DNA from: Paraphysomonas bandaiensis
Lineage: Eukaryota > Protista > Chrysophyceae
Direction: 5' to 3'
Length of the DNA stretch: 64,000 nucleotides
Assembly (NCBI GenBank): GCA_965644295.1
Contig: CBFFRP010000207.1
Span: 1-64,000, forward strand
Below the pieces are notes generated by a model. That model was not told the origin of the DNA. It saw only the letters and a program-made list of their open reading frames with translations, and ran no database searches. Of this stretch, positions 24,763-37,480 are shown in pieces (within the stretch, counting starts at the first letter, position 1; each line of letters begins with the position of its first letter). Both the position numbers and the translations under genes were made by a program.

Positions 24763-27545
24763 ATGAATAGTCCATTAAACGTAGCAGCAGCAGGAGGGAA
24801 TCTCGCAGCTGTTAAGCGTTTATTGATGAATGGAGCAAATGGAAGTGCCGTGAACGGCCAGACACCGCTTCATTGGGCAGCATGTAGACAGAGTTTTACG
24901 AAAAAAGAAGGAGATTTTGTGAGTGTGATGGAATGTTTGCTAGATCATGGAATCCCCATCAACGAAAGAGACAATGAAGGATATACTGCTCTTCACAATG
25001 CGGTGATGTATTCTATGCCGAGTGACACTCATGCCATTCTTCGACTCCTTTTGCAACGAGGTGCTGATGCGACCATCAGGTCGCACACCGGCGAGACACC
25101 ATTCGACTGTGCCGAAAGTGAAGATGTTCGTAATTTCCTAAGGATGCATGGTGCGGCTCCTTTGCCAGTTGTAGAAGAACAAATCATCGAGGTGTGTATT
25201 CCGGTGGTTATCACAGGATGCATGTGTTTGGAGAGAATAGTCTCATACTATGTTATTGATGGGCATAGATTGTAAGTAATAGTATTATATTGTGTTTATT
25301 TGCACGATAGGTACGAGGTGTAGAAGATAGAGTCCAAGAATTGAATGACACTGAGGCGGCACTTCTAGTTGCAGCTCTTGCAGCCTCGGAGGAGGAGTAT
25401 GAGCGTGCGACGACTGCCAGGAGATTACAACAAGAAGCTGAGGAGAGAGAGAGGCAAGAAGAGGAGGTCTTGAGAGAGAGAACTGCTCGCCAAGCAGTGG
25501 AGAAGAAGGAGGAAGATGAGAAGGAACACGCTTTGCGGGTTGCTATAGATACAGTATTATCGGGTGGAGCACCCGTCTCCTTGCCCTATGATCTTGTTCG
25601 TAAGTGGACTGGTGGGTTCAAGAACGAACTTGATAGGGGTGCTTATGGAATAGTTTATAAGGGATTGGTGACGTTTGCGGACGTTGAAGAGTGTGGAAGC
25701 GCAGGCGGTGATCATGATGTAGCAGGTGGACGATATGTTGCAGTGAAGGTTTTCAACACTGAAATGTTGACTGATTTTGTCGGAGTGGGTGAAAATAAAC
25801 CAGATATTGATATGGTTAATGGCGACAGTAGTAAGAATAGGATGTTGGAGAGCGCATCCAGGGAAATCAATATATTGAGCACCTTTAATCATCCAAACAT
25901 CATCCGATTACTTGGATATACACTCCCTGCTGTCGATGTGCTTCCTGCGCAAGGGCTAAACAACATTTGCCTAGTGTATGAGTATGCCTCGAGAGGGGGG
26001 TTACATAATGTCCTGAAGGATGATACACAAGCATCAGAGTTGCCCTGGTTCCAACGGGTTAAAATTGCACTTGGTGTGGCAAAAGGTTTGGCGTACATGC
26101 ATCACAGAGATGCTAATCGACCTGCTTTCCATCGAGACATAAAAGCTGCCAATATTGCTCTTACCAGTGGATTAACCCCTAAAATTATTGATTGTGGATT
26201 GGCGAAGTACATGCCAGAAAAAGAAACAAATATGAAAGGTCCTACATCGATTCACTCCATGACTGGAGCTCGGTTTGGGACTGTGGGATACATGTGTGAG
26301 AAATATTGCAAAAGGGCAGAGATGTTGTTTGATGCAAAGTGCGAGATTTTTTCTTTTGGTATTGTCTTATTGGAGTTGTATTGCGGTGAGATTCAAGGAA
26401 GCAATAGTGAACTCAATCTGGAAGAGATGTTAGATGATGAGGACGATATGATATCTGCTGACCAGCGCGCCGGATCATGGCCGGAGGAGGCAGCCAGCTT
26501 GTACCTTGAACTGGCTTCGGAATGTGTAGCCAAGTACTCAAAACGAAGGTCAAACATGCGTTCTGTAGTGCAATCTCTCTCTCGTATACTGGCACTTCAC
26601 CAAGTAAGCACTTTAGAGTCTTCACTCTTACAACTACGTGATCAATTGACGGCCAAAAATGAGTTATTATCATTGAAGTTGGATGTTGCCGACCGACTGT
26701 CTTTGGAGTCTATGCATAACTGTATTGTTTGCTTCAATACTTATCCTTTGAGCAAGGGAGTAATGTGTCCTAGAGAGAACGTGGAGGATTTGAATGAGTG
26801 TCATTTCTTTTGTGATGAGGATTTCAGTGACATGATTAGTTCTCAAAGCTCTGATATTGGTCAGTTCATCAAATTTGGCTGTAAGATTGTCTGTCCGATG
26901 TGTCTGGCAGTGCCTGTACCGCAGGGTGAAGTTCAGGTTCAAACCCAATTGCCTCTATCTGCTCATGCCACAGAGGAAGCATTATCATCATATATTGAAG
27001 CGTGTAGAAGGGCTGATCGAGACCTTGAAGACAGAAAGAATGCAGTAGAGCGGGCTAGAGATCAGGAGAGACATATGGACGAAATGCAGGCGTTGAGAGA
27101 GGAAATGATGGAAAACAAGACAGCGAAGCTAGCTGCCTCTGCTGAGCGTCATCGACAACGTATTATCAATGATATTCTTACGCTAAAGTGTCCACATTGT
27201 GGGCTTACTGTCTTCGACTTTGATGCTTGCTTCGCTGTACAGCATTCTCCAGATGCCATGCGAGGTCACGGTCAGGGCTGTAGTAGATATTTCTGCGGGT
27301 GGTGTTTAGCGCCAAGTGAAGGGTCGGCAGCTTGTCACAGCCATGTCAAAGTATGTCCCGCTGCCCCTGCACAAAGACGAGGAAGCTGGAATGGTAATAT
27401 GGATGAGTTTAATGTTGTTCATGGACAACGACGGCGAGCAGCAGTGTTACAATACTTGGCTGACCGAGTGCCAAATTTGGAGGAGAAGACTGCAGTTTGT
27501 CACGCCATTGCATGCGACTTGAACGATTTGAACATCTATCTGTAA
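24763..27545 (+). CDS. Ankyrin repeat - IRAK/Pelle-like (TKL) kinase - RING/RBR-like fusion protein
   Basis: The ANK ORF (TPLHWAA, TALHNAV, TPFD) joins the kinase ORF in frame via a phase-0 GT-AG intron 25192-25310; kinase motifs LDRGAYGIVY, VAVK, HRDIKAANI, DCGLAK, GTVGY; C-terminal CIVC..C..HFFC..CPMC and CPHC..DFDAC..C..FCGWC. Confidence 0.85.
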
Positions 27546-27574
27546 AGGGTTTTGAATCAGTTCTGTTCTATCTA

Positions 27575-28530
27575 CTAACTGAACCACCTACAGATAATAA
27601 TAACATAATTACAATTTAACAAAATATTAAATACTTGAAAAAATACACATGAAGAAGAGTTCCCGCGCCAAAATATATAAATAGAATGTGCGTTGATATG
27701 TACATGCGTTGATATGTACAGAAATAAATTGACTGAATGATCACCAACAATATCAACAACTTCGCATCCGATGTATGATTTATCTTTGTTCGTTATGCTG
27801 GGCAATTTAGATTTAGAATCCACACAGCTGGCGCTTCTCCTTATTGCCATGTCCGCCATTTTCTTTGCTTCCTTCTTTGATTCCTGATTTTCAGTCAATG
27901 AAGCAACAAATTGACGCATACAAGCGACTTGACTTTCATTTGAAGAATCGCCAAGGGCTTCTATGAACTCTTCAAAGGAAATAAACCCTGACTCATCGGC
28001 ATCAACTCCCTTTAAAAATTGTAGAGCATCAGAAAAGTTATCAAATAAACCTATTTGATGAAATCGTCCGCTGCTCTGTCGAGACGAATACCACCAGTGG
28101 CTTCATGTTCTGACCCATTCACCTCACGACGTGATGAGTACCAAGCCCAAAAGACACGAAACTCTCGTTTAGTGAGCCTGTACACTGGTTTTCCGTTCCG
28201 CTTCTCAAGCCACTTCTTCCAGTTGTATTGTTGTAGATTTAAGCGATTTTCTTTTTCTATTCTTTTCTGTTTGCTTCCTTTCTTGAAGCATTGATTTTCA
28301 AAATTTACTTTTATTTGTCTGAACTCTGCTTTTATCGAAGCTTGTCTTTTGGATGAAACGGTGGCATGCTTAGCATTTACGATGTTCAATCTCGTTGACC
28401 TTGCTGTATCTCCAGGCAAGCGCAAATTTCCTTTAGATTGAACTCGATAAACTTGAGTTTTGATTCCAGTGCTAATGTCTGGTAAAAATGATATCCCAAT
28501 TGTGGGTCGTGATGGTTTCAGATTGATTGT
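27575..28530 (-). pseudogene. EF-hand protein gene broken by single-base indels (pseudogene or assembly error)
   Basis: Adding one A at ~28054 joins ..ADDFIK to IGLFDNFSDALQFLKGVDADESGFISFEEFIEAL (canonical EF loop); a second frame break lies near 28535. Confidence 0.55.
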
Positions 28531-29339
28531 TTTGTATTACGTTTCGATAACGTTATTGTTCTGGCGTCAGGTTTAGGATGTCGGGTAGTTGTTTTCGCAA
28601 CACCTTCGATGGCAAGAGTCAAGATTTCCTAGGCGGTTCCTTGATGATTTCAACACAGAATGTGATCAATGAATGAAGAGAAAAAAACGTGAAACAAGTT
28701 CAACAAATAAATACCGCAATGTTGATAATAATAATGCTCTCATCTTGCTGCTGCTGGCTGTGTGTTTCTGTCGTCCAACGTAACGCAAAACATGAAAAAA
28801 GCAAAACTCCGGAACGAATCGAACTCTAGAACTGGAAAACGAACCTCCAACCTTTTGGCACTGACATGACTTTTTCCAGCGGTTTCGTCGTCGCCAGAGG
28901 GAGCCAAAAACATGCCATGGATCCAGACGCATCATACTTGTACATACCGGTATATATATATACATGTACATGTATAACGTTATATATATAAATAATGTAC
29001 ATGTATAACGTTATATATATATATATACATCATGCATGATGCCAGCAGATTGCCAATACAGGTAAGCTTACGTAGTACCGGATAACAAAAAAAAACTATC
29101 ATTTGTGATTTTGTTTTCACCTCCATTATTGCTCCAACAAACGCCACAACGAATGGGAATGCCAATTCCAGAAATCCCTCATCTATGTCTCCCATTCATC
29201 ATTTCTCTACATTTCATCCAAGTGTGACAGGGTTCTCCTGACTTTCAGCAATGGCCGAGCTATAGCACAGAGCATCGCGCTTCGTATACTCTATTATCGC
29301 CAAGACCATCGAATTTCATCGTGCCTTAAAATCTGAGCG

Positions 29340-30483
29340 ATGTCTAAACTTGCAGCCCCCACTTTACTCACTTTTGTTCTTGGCACAATGTTGGAAATCC
29401 TCGCTTATGTTGACGACAGAGACTTGTACCAGTTTGGATGCTCTTGCAGAAAAGACACTTTATGCTATACTGTGTGGACAAGGAATTTCGTAAATCAATA
29501 TTGACAACAGCATCCAGAACAAGCAGGTTTATCTCGTTTGTAGTGTTTTCTTCTCGTATCTAAGCACATTTATAATACCCAATTCGGATTGTTAGATTTT
29601 TACCCAAAGGTTGGAGAAAAGAGACCGTGGCTCTAGTTAGCTATCCCCGCTCAGGCAACTCGTTCCTGCGACGTGTTCTTGAGAAGTGGAGTGCCACGAT
29701 CACCGGATCTGACAGCCGCCCTAATCGAACATTGAGTTTCAGCCTTCTCAGGTGCGGTTTCCGGGGAGAGGGGGTTACTGATGACTCTGTATGGTTAGTT
29801 AAAACGCACTACCCCGAAAGAATGGGTTTTGTAAAATTTGTGGCTAATCGTGCTGTCCTCATCATTCGAAATCCTTATGATACCATTGAGTCGTATTTTC
29901 ACATGGTGAGGCATTGTATTGAGCTAATCTAATCTGTTAATTTTGATATTGTTGCTAATATATACTGTTGTTTCGTTGTGATTATTTCTTTGGCCTTCTT
30001 ATTGTTGGTATATAGAGCATGACCAACACCCACAACAAGAGTTTATCTACTTCAGCCTTCAATAGCTTACATGCCGTTTGGAATCATTTAATTATCAATG
30101 AAATTAAAATATGGAAGCAATTTTATTTATATTGGTTGCAAGGGGGCAGTGTAGTCTCTGCATCGGAATATGGCACAGTCGTGACTTCGAAACAGACGGA
30201 GTTGCTAGTCATTCGCTATGAAGATTTGCTGCTGCACAAGGAGGTAGGTGTTTTCCTCGACTCTTCATATATATGTTAATTATCATTATTCATCATTGTT
30301 ACTGTGTTGGATTGGCTGTGATGGTAGGGAGTGCAGTCCCTCTTTTTTTATTATCTTGGGGGTGCAAATGGTAACCCGCCTCTCGGCGTCACCTTGGACA
30401 TAGAAGGCGCGCCTCATCCTGCTGCGACTTCTGCCACAACAGGCAACAAAGAAAGAAGGGAACCGGGATATCAACCTCGCCAA
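29340..30483 (+). pseudogene. F-box-like + sulfotransferase-domain gene, frameshifted near 29450 and cut off by the minisatellite
   Basis: MLEILAYVDDRDLYQFGCSCR (F-box-like); PAPS-binding LVSYPRSGNSFLR, VKTHYP, IIRNPYDTIESYFH, LVIRYEDL; last donor at 30484 with no downstream exon recognisable. Confidence 0.65.
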
Positions 30484-30544
30484 GTGCGTAATATGGATAT
30501 CATGAATACTTACTGATGCTCGAAAAGGTTACTATCTGATATTT

Positions 30545-32206
30545 CACAGCCCATGGTACTGCTCACCTGCATCAAACCACCCACATCCACCTCCCCTCCC
30601 GTGCCCGTCCACTAGCACAACACCACCAGCACACGCCAACTCGCGCTCTCACGCGATGCCCAGAGCGGACTGTGGAAATGCTGTGCATGCACCAGGTGTG
30701 CCTGTTCACAGCCCATGGTACTGTTCATCTGCATCAAAACACCCACATCCACCTCCACCTCCCCTCCCGTGCCCGTCCAATAGCACACCACTACCAGCAC
30801 ACGCCAACTCGCACTCTCACGGGATGCCCAGAGCGGACTGTGGAAATGCTGTGCATGCACCAGGTGTGCCTGTTCACAGCCCATGGTACTGCTCACCTGC
30901 ATCAAACCACCCACATCCACCTCCCCTCCCGTGCCCGTCCCCTAGCACAACACCACCTACATCCTCCAACTCACGTTCTCACAGGATGCCCAGAGCGGAC
31001 TGTGGAAATGCTGTGCATGCACCAGGTGTGCCTGTTCACAGCCCATGGTACTGCTCACCTGCATCAAACCACCCACATCCACCTCCCCTCCTGTGTCCGT
31101 CCACTAGCACAACACCACCAGCACACGCCAACTCACGCTCTCACAGGATGCCCAGAGCGGACTGTAGAAACGCTGTGCATGTACCAGGTGTGCATGTTCA
31201 CAGCCCATGGTACTGTTCACCTGCATCAAAACACTCACATCCACATCCACCTCCACCTCCCCTCCCGTGCCCGTCCAATAGCACACCACCAGCACACGCC
31301 AACTCGCACTCTCACGGGATGCCCAGAGCGGACTGTGGAAATGCTGTGCATGCACCAGGTGTGCCTGTTCACAGCCCATGGTACTGTTCACCTGCATCAA
31401 ACCACCCACATCCACCTCCCCTCCCGTGCCCGTCCCCTAGCACACCACCACCTACATCCTCCAACTCGCGCTCTCACAGGATGCACAGAGCGGACTGTGG
31501 AAATGCTGTGCATGCACCAGGTGTGCCTGTTCACAGCCCATGGTACTGCTCACCTGCATCAAACCACCCACATCCACCTCCCCTCCCGTGCCTGTCCAAT
31601 AGCACACCACCACCTACATCCTCCAACTCGCGCTCTCACGGGATGCCCAGCAGAGCGGACTGTGGAAATGCTGTGCATGCACCAGGTGTGCCTGTTCACA
31701 GCCCATGGTACTGTTCACCTGCATCAAACCACCCACATCCACCTCCCCTCCCGTGCCCGTCCAATAGCACACCACCACCTACATCCTCCAACTCACGCTC
31801 TCACAGGATGCACAGAGCGGACTGTGGAAATGCTGTGCATGCACCAGGTGTGCCTGTTCACAGCCCATGGTACTGCTCACCTGCATCAAACCACCCACAT
31901 CCACCTCCCCTCCTGTGTCCGTCCACTAGCACAACACCACCAGCACACGCCAACTCACGCTCTCACAGGATGCCCAGAGCGGACTGTAGAAACGCTGTGC
32001 ATGTGCCAGGTGTGCATGTTCACAGCCCATGGTACTGTTCACCTGCATCAAAACACCCACATCCACATCCACATCCACCTCCCGTGCCTGTCCAATAGCA
32101 CAACACCACCTACATCCTCCAACTCACGCTCTCACAGGATGCCCAGCAGAGCGGACTGTGGAAATGCTGTGCATGCACCAGGTGTGCCTGTTCACAGCCC
32201 ATAGTA
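30545..32206 (+). repeat. Minisatellite, ~10 units of ~160-172 bp
   Basis: Recurring core GATGCCCAGAGCGGACTGTGGAAATGCTGTGCATGCACCAGGTGTGCCTGTTCACAGCCCATGGTACTG with variable C-rich spacers. Confidence 0.95.
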
Positions 32207-32639
32207 CTCACAAGCTTCCACACGACAATCCTCCGACGCAAAGAGGTGCGAAACAACACCAACCCAGACCACGCCAGGTTGGACCTGGTTACAGCAGCGA
32301 CGACAGCAGCGACGGTCCGCCCAAGCGTCGACCACGTAAACCCCCTAAGGTATCTCGACAACTCACAACCCCAGGTAATACCCACCAAGCCGACGCTCCC
32401 ACTCCCATGGCAGCTCCAGATAACGCGGGACAACTCCCCAGAAGACATAACCGTCCTTCCCCTATATCCCAATCCATACATCCCCAGGCTACACTCCCAC
32501 TCTCACTGTTGTGTTCCCTGGGGTCCGAGCTATGTAGTCCCGCCTACACCTCGCACTCACCGCGGAGAACCTACGAAACACTATCACTTTTGTCTCCACC
32601 TCTACACCCAAAACATATTGTAGCTTGGTGTATAACAGC

Positions 32640-33190
32640 GTACCCTGAAGCTCTGATGATGAAAATTTGAAGATTCCATTCCCGAAAGACATCTCTCTTG
32701 AGTACTTCGGCCATCTGTTCACACCGGCTCACGAAGGAGCGAAAGAGGGAATCTAAGGGCCCCAGATGACATTCCAGAAAGTGAACCTGACCCCCCTAGT
32801 AGATCCCACATTAAGGGATATAGAAGCCCTATTGTCTACTTATATACCTTAAGAAATATGAAGCTGGTCGTGGATGTAGTCTTAGACTTAGAACTAAGCC
32901 AGGCGATAGATGGCTATGAGAAAGACATCAATGAACTGACGAAGAAAGCACTCATGAAACCAGAAGAGGGTAAAAGTCCGTTAAAAATGAATGGCTATAA
33001 AATTTTAGCGACGAATATGATGTTGATGGTTCCCTGTGCTATTGCAGGCAGTTAGTCCTATATCTTGTTCATGTAGGCATATTTTGTACTGATGCGGAAT
33101 ATAATGAGTAGATCTGATTCAGTAGCTTGATTGATGTTTGAATATTTTGACTGGAGAGGTGATGCAACGCTTGTTCAAGAGCAAGGAGAC
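32640..33190 (+). mobile_element. Decayed Crypton-type (tyrosine recombinase) DNA transposon fragment
   Basis: HIKGYRSPIVYLY..LSQAIDGYEKDINEL..EEGKSPLKMNGYKILA..S*SYILFM*AYFVLMRNIMSRSDSVA*LMFEYFDWRGDATLV matches the stramenopile Crypton pattern (GYRSAL, EGK.PL...GY..LA, WNLM.RS.SV, W.GDAL); in-frame stops. Confidence 0.72.
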
Positions 33191-33439
33191 ACAAACTGGA
33201 CAAAAAAGACTAGTAATGAAACATTCTCTAGTGCGCTGAATATAATTGTGAATCATATCGTAAGTGTTCATAAGTTAAAGCAGATGGATATAGTTTCGTA
33301 CGGTAGGTTGTACAATGAAATCTGCAAGTTGAAATGTGTATGGAATTGATAAATGACACTTCTTTAAATTTAAGCAGTAGAAATCAAACTCTTGACAAAC
33401 AGCTCTATAAGGCTGATAAATATGTATATATGTTGTCAG

Positions 33440-33662
33440 TAGATATGTTATAACATTATGTGATATACGATATACTTACATCTACACCAGCACCTTCATC
33501 TTGATGAAGGATTAGTAGACAGCTCTACATTACAGTGTCTGATAAACACTGATAGTAATATATGATATAAGTTGTAAGTAAGTGGATATGTATGCTATAG
33601 CATTATGTAATATACGATATACATCCATCTCTTATCTACGACAGCACCTTCATCTTGATGAA
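33440..33662 (+). repeat. Imperfect direct duplication (~70-bp blocks about 145-155 bp apart)
   Basis: CATTATGT(G/A)ATATACGATATAC...CAGCACCTTCATCTTGATGAA occurs at ~33454-33508 and ~33601-33662. Confidence 0.7.
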
Positions 33663-34760
33663 TGATGTATGTAAACCTCAGTCATATTTACAGGACACAG
33701 CAGATCATTACGAGACAATACAGTATTAGGAGTCATATGGTCGACAGTATCGTCCCTATACCACATACATACACTCTCACCACCCCCACAACTCATCCAC
33801 ACTCTCATATTACTCATATGTTATCCTTATAGAGGGAGTCCTCATATGGATGATCACCACCAGCTCCACTAACAACAGCGTCACAGTCATCTAACGGATA
33901 CTATGCTTCCACAGCTCCATTAATGCAGATACACCATATAAAATAACATACTCAGAGGCGCATTAGTGGTGAACGCTTCTGGTTCAGTTGTATGGCTATT
34001 CAGGGTGCTCCATGCGGTCTATGCATGTATGTGTGTGTGGGTGTTCTGTATGTATGTGTGTGTATCTGCTGCGGTATTATTCATATGATCATACGAGTCT
34101 CTCTCCTCATGAGGAGCACACACCACTATACACCACTATGACCACACACTGTTGATAGTCCTCACTCGTGTCTGTGAGTAGAGGCAGCAGCAGAGCCTCT
34201 GAATCATGTACTCATATATGCATATATCCACATCACATTCACTTCGAAGTCACCCAGAGATATACACTCTTATACGCACACGTATACCTATGTATACCAT
34301 ATACACAGTATACAGAGAATACGTTGATTATATATATATATACGATTGTACGATGTATGAACTGCTGTACTGCATTCACAGTTGTAGTAAAAAGTTTCAT
34401 ATATGCACTCATTATATGTATGTATGTACAGTACGGATTACACGACTGGTTTTAGATGGTGATAGTGTAAAAACCCATGGTTTAAGCACTATATTACTTG
34501 TGTTTTTTGTACTGTAGGAAGTGTTTGTACGTAGTCCAACAGTGACTGTTGATGTGTTCTAGATGAATATTCATGTACAGAGCAGTGCATACAGCAGCAG
34601 CAGGCAGCAGTGTATCTGAATATCTACTGCGGATATGCATGATGTGTGTGTAGGTCAGGAGATGCACATATACATACATACATACCATAGTTGTAATATT
34701 AACCACCCCTCATATCCATCTATCCTCTTACCTGATATACCTCACATCCCAAGTGATCAA

Positions 34761-36106
34761 ATGAACATATCTCCTGGTATGATACGATACACAGTCATAG
34801 CTACTATGCAGTCCCCTGGTGTTATAGATGAGTACATCGGGTGGCTTAAAGGAGGGCATATCCAAACCATCATAGACGAAGGAGGTGCCCTACAGGGAGA
34901 TGTCAGCGTACTGGAAGGCACTGATAATGTGCAAGTTGCTTCGACATATATTTTTCCAGACAAGAAGACGTATGATGCCTACTGCAGCGGACTGGCACTG
35001 CGACTACGTCCTGAGGGAGTGGCTCTATTCGTTGACACCAATAAGGTGAAGTTCTCACGAATGGTTTCTGAGGTGAATTTTTCCTATCGCTCAACACCCG
35101 AATACGCTATTACAGAAGCGACGCCGTATTTGTACTTTAACGGAAATTGCAGAGAGGCAATGGAGTTCTATAAGGAGTGTTTGGGGGGTGCACTTGATAT
35201 TATGGTATCAAATATTTTATATCTAATGTATCACAATAATATGGTTTAAGGTTTATGCAGGCTCCCCTACGGCAGCAGAACTGCCCCCTGGTGATCACAA
35301 CAATGTTATGCATTCTAGTCTAGTTCTCTCTGACAAGGCTCGGTTGATGGCATCAGACTCATGCGGTACTAACAAAGAAGTTTCGTTTGGTGATAATGTC
35401 GCTGTTAGCGTGAATTTTACGAATGATGCTGAGATTACAACTGCTTTTGAAAAGCTCTCGGCTGGAGGCACTGTGACTATTCCTCTAGCGGATCAGTTTT
35501 GGGGAGGAAAATTTGCACAGTTTGTTGACAAATTTGGCGTTTTATGGATGCTTCATCTATCCTTAGACGGAGAGTGTATGAAGTCTGTCATTGAAATCAC
35601 TTCATATCTGCGATTTAATGGGGCTTGTCGCGAAGCGACATCTCTGTATAACACTGTTTTGGGGGGTCATTTGGACATCATGGTGAGTAGTACTTAGTCC
35701 TATGTGTGTGTGCAAATTTTAAAATTTGCAATAGACATTCGAAGGCACTGAAATGGGAGCAGCTCTTCCTAAGGAGGATCAAAAGCAGATTATGCACTCC
35801 CTTTTGCAATGGAATAACAAGAAGTGCAGCTTTATGGCCAGCGATTCGGGCCCAGGCAGTGTGATTTCCTTTGGTGATAACGCTAGTGTAAGCCTCTTAT
35901 TCACCAAGGATGACAAGGCACGGGAGGTTTTCGATCGGTTGAGTGAAGGCGGAGTGGTGTTGGAGCCGCTAAAAAAACAGTTTTGGGGAGGCCTTTTCGG
36001 GCACGTCAAAGACCGATTCGGGCTTTGTTGGATGGTTGTGGGGCCACACGAATGTGGGAACTCTGAAACTGAAGATCCTGAGGCGAAGAAAGCAAAGTAC
36101 AACTAA
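34761..36106 (+). CDS. DUF4286-like domain fused to two PhnB/VOC (glyoxalase superfamily) domains
   Basis: TPYLYFNGNCREAMEFYKECLGG..MHSSL..LMASD..LADQFWGGKFAQFVDKFGVLWM present twice; introns 35205-35250 and 35683-35734 restore the frame. Confidence 0.85.
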
Positions 36107-37480
36107 ATGAAGCATATTTATGAGTCGTCTTGTGGGTTTTAAAAGGAACTATAGGGTCGAAGTTGCACATGCTGTGGTCGTAATTGTTTTTTTGCATACG
36201 AATTGGTGTGTACTTTGGTTGCCTTTACTCTTCCTTCAATATGTAGTCGGCTCTTAATCTTTGAGGGCTTTGTTGATTCTGAGTGAATCTAATAATGCTA
36301 TTCTATTGCTTCTGACATACGCGACTCTTGATGAAGCACTAATGGTGCTATATATAATTTGGGTCGAACAATATATAATATAATAAATGCATTTGGCATT
36401 TGAGTAGCATTAAAACTCGCCTGGAAAATATTTATTATTCTCTATTCTTCTGATGTGATCTATTTAGATATCTAGATATTTAGTCATATGCTACAGTCAG
36501 TGTTAGTAACTAGGTTTTGGCCAGGAAAAAGGAATGCTTGTCATTTCCACTGTATCAACTCAGTTGAAATATTCTTGTACATGGGAATGTTACATTATTA
36601 AATGCAGAGGTATGTGATGGTGGTAAGAAGCAGGAAGGCGTCTTATGCCAGAAAGATCAAATTTGAACCTAATAACTGACAGTGTATTGTTTCTTGTCTG
36701 TATGTGTTTACACACACAATACGAAGTCTTGTGTGTGTTGTTTGTATTCCAAGCGGGTCTTGACTATTCCCACTGGAAAAGAAGATGCTTGGCTCTACAG
36801 TGAAAAATGAATCGACTACGAATTAAATGGTTTCCTTGCATAGTGGGACAATAAACAGTCCAGGGAACCCTCTACAATACATTGAGAGCAACTCGAATGA
36901 ACATAACCACCTCGATTTTACATAATTTGTATCAGCAGACATCCAATCAACGCCACTGACTTCTGACCGAATATACAGTGCAATACTATTGTCTGTACAC
37001 AGCTATCAGTGTCCAGTGCATGTAAGGTCCTCTACCTGCAGCTGTCATTGATGGAGCACCTTATAATAGCTTCGTTACACATCGGTAATTACAGAGCGAC
37101 ACATACTTTACACGGAGCGATCTTTACCTATGATATTTCTATGATATTTCGTACTGATCTTACTTTATATCCTTCTTTCGTAGAAGGATGCCATGCTATG
37201 AATATCCAGGATATTGTTGGAGAAATCCTGATGGCTGTTGAGGAGATGATCAAAATCAGTACACATAACAACACCCAGGCCTGAAAATCCCCGTATATTT
37301 GGTGAAACCACAGGTTTTCACACTGTTAATATCTAGATATTATTAATTGTAGTGATTTCAGCCAAGATTTCCGTTCCTTTTGGAGCGAATATATCATGCA
37401 TGTATCGTGTGTGTTCGGGCGGAGCGAGATGGAATTTAAGAATAATCCACAGTCTTACCCACTTCTACAGGCAAACGTTA

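Noticed and set aside
28949-29030. TA-rich palindromic duplication (TGTACATGTATAACGTTATATATATA x2)
   Set aside because: Explained by local slippage in low-complexity DNA.
30656-32204. 480-aa and 510-aa His/Pro-rich ORFs
   Set aside because: By-products of frame-preserving minisatellite units; no independent evidence of a gene.
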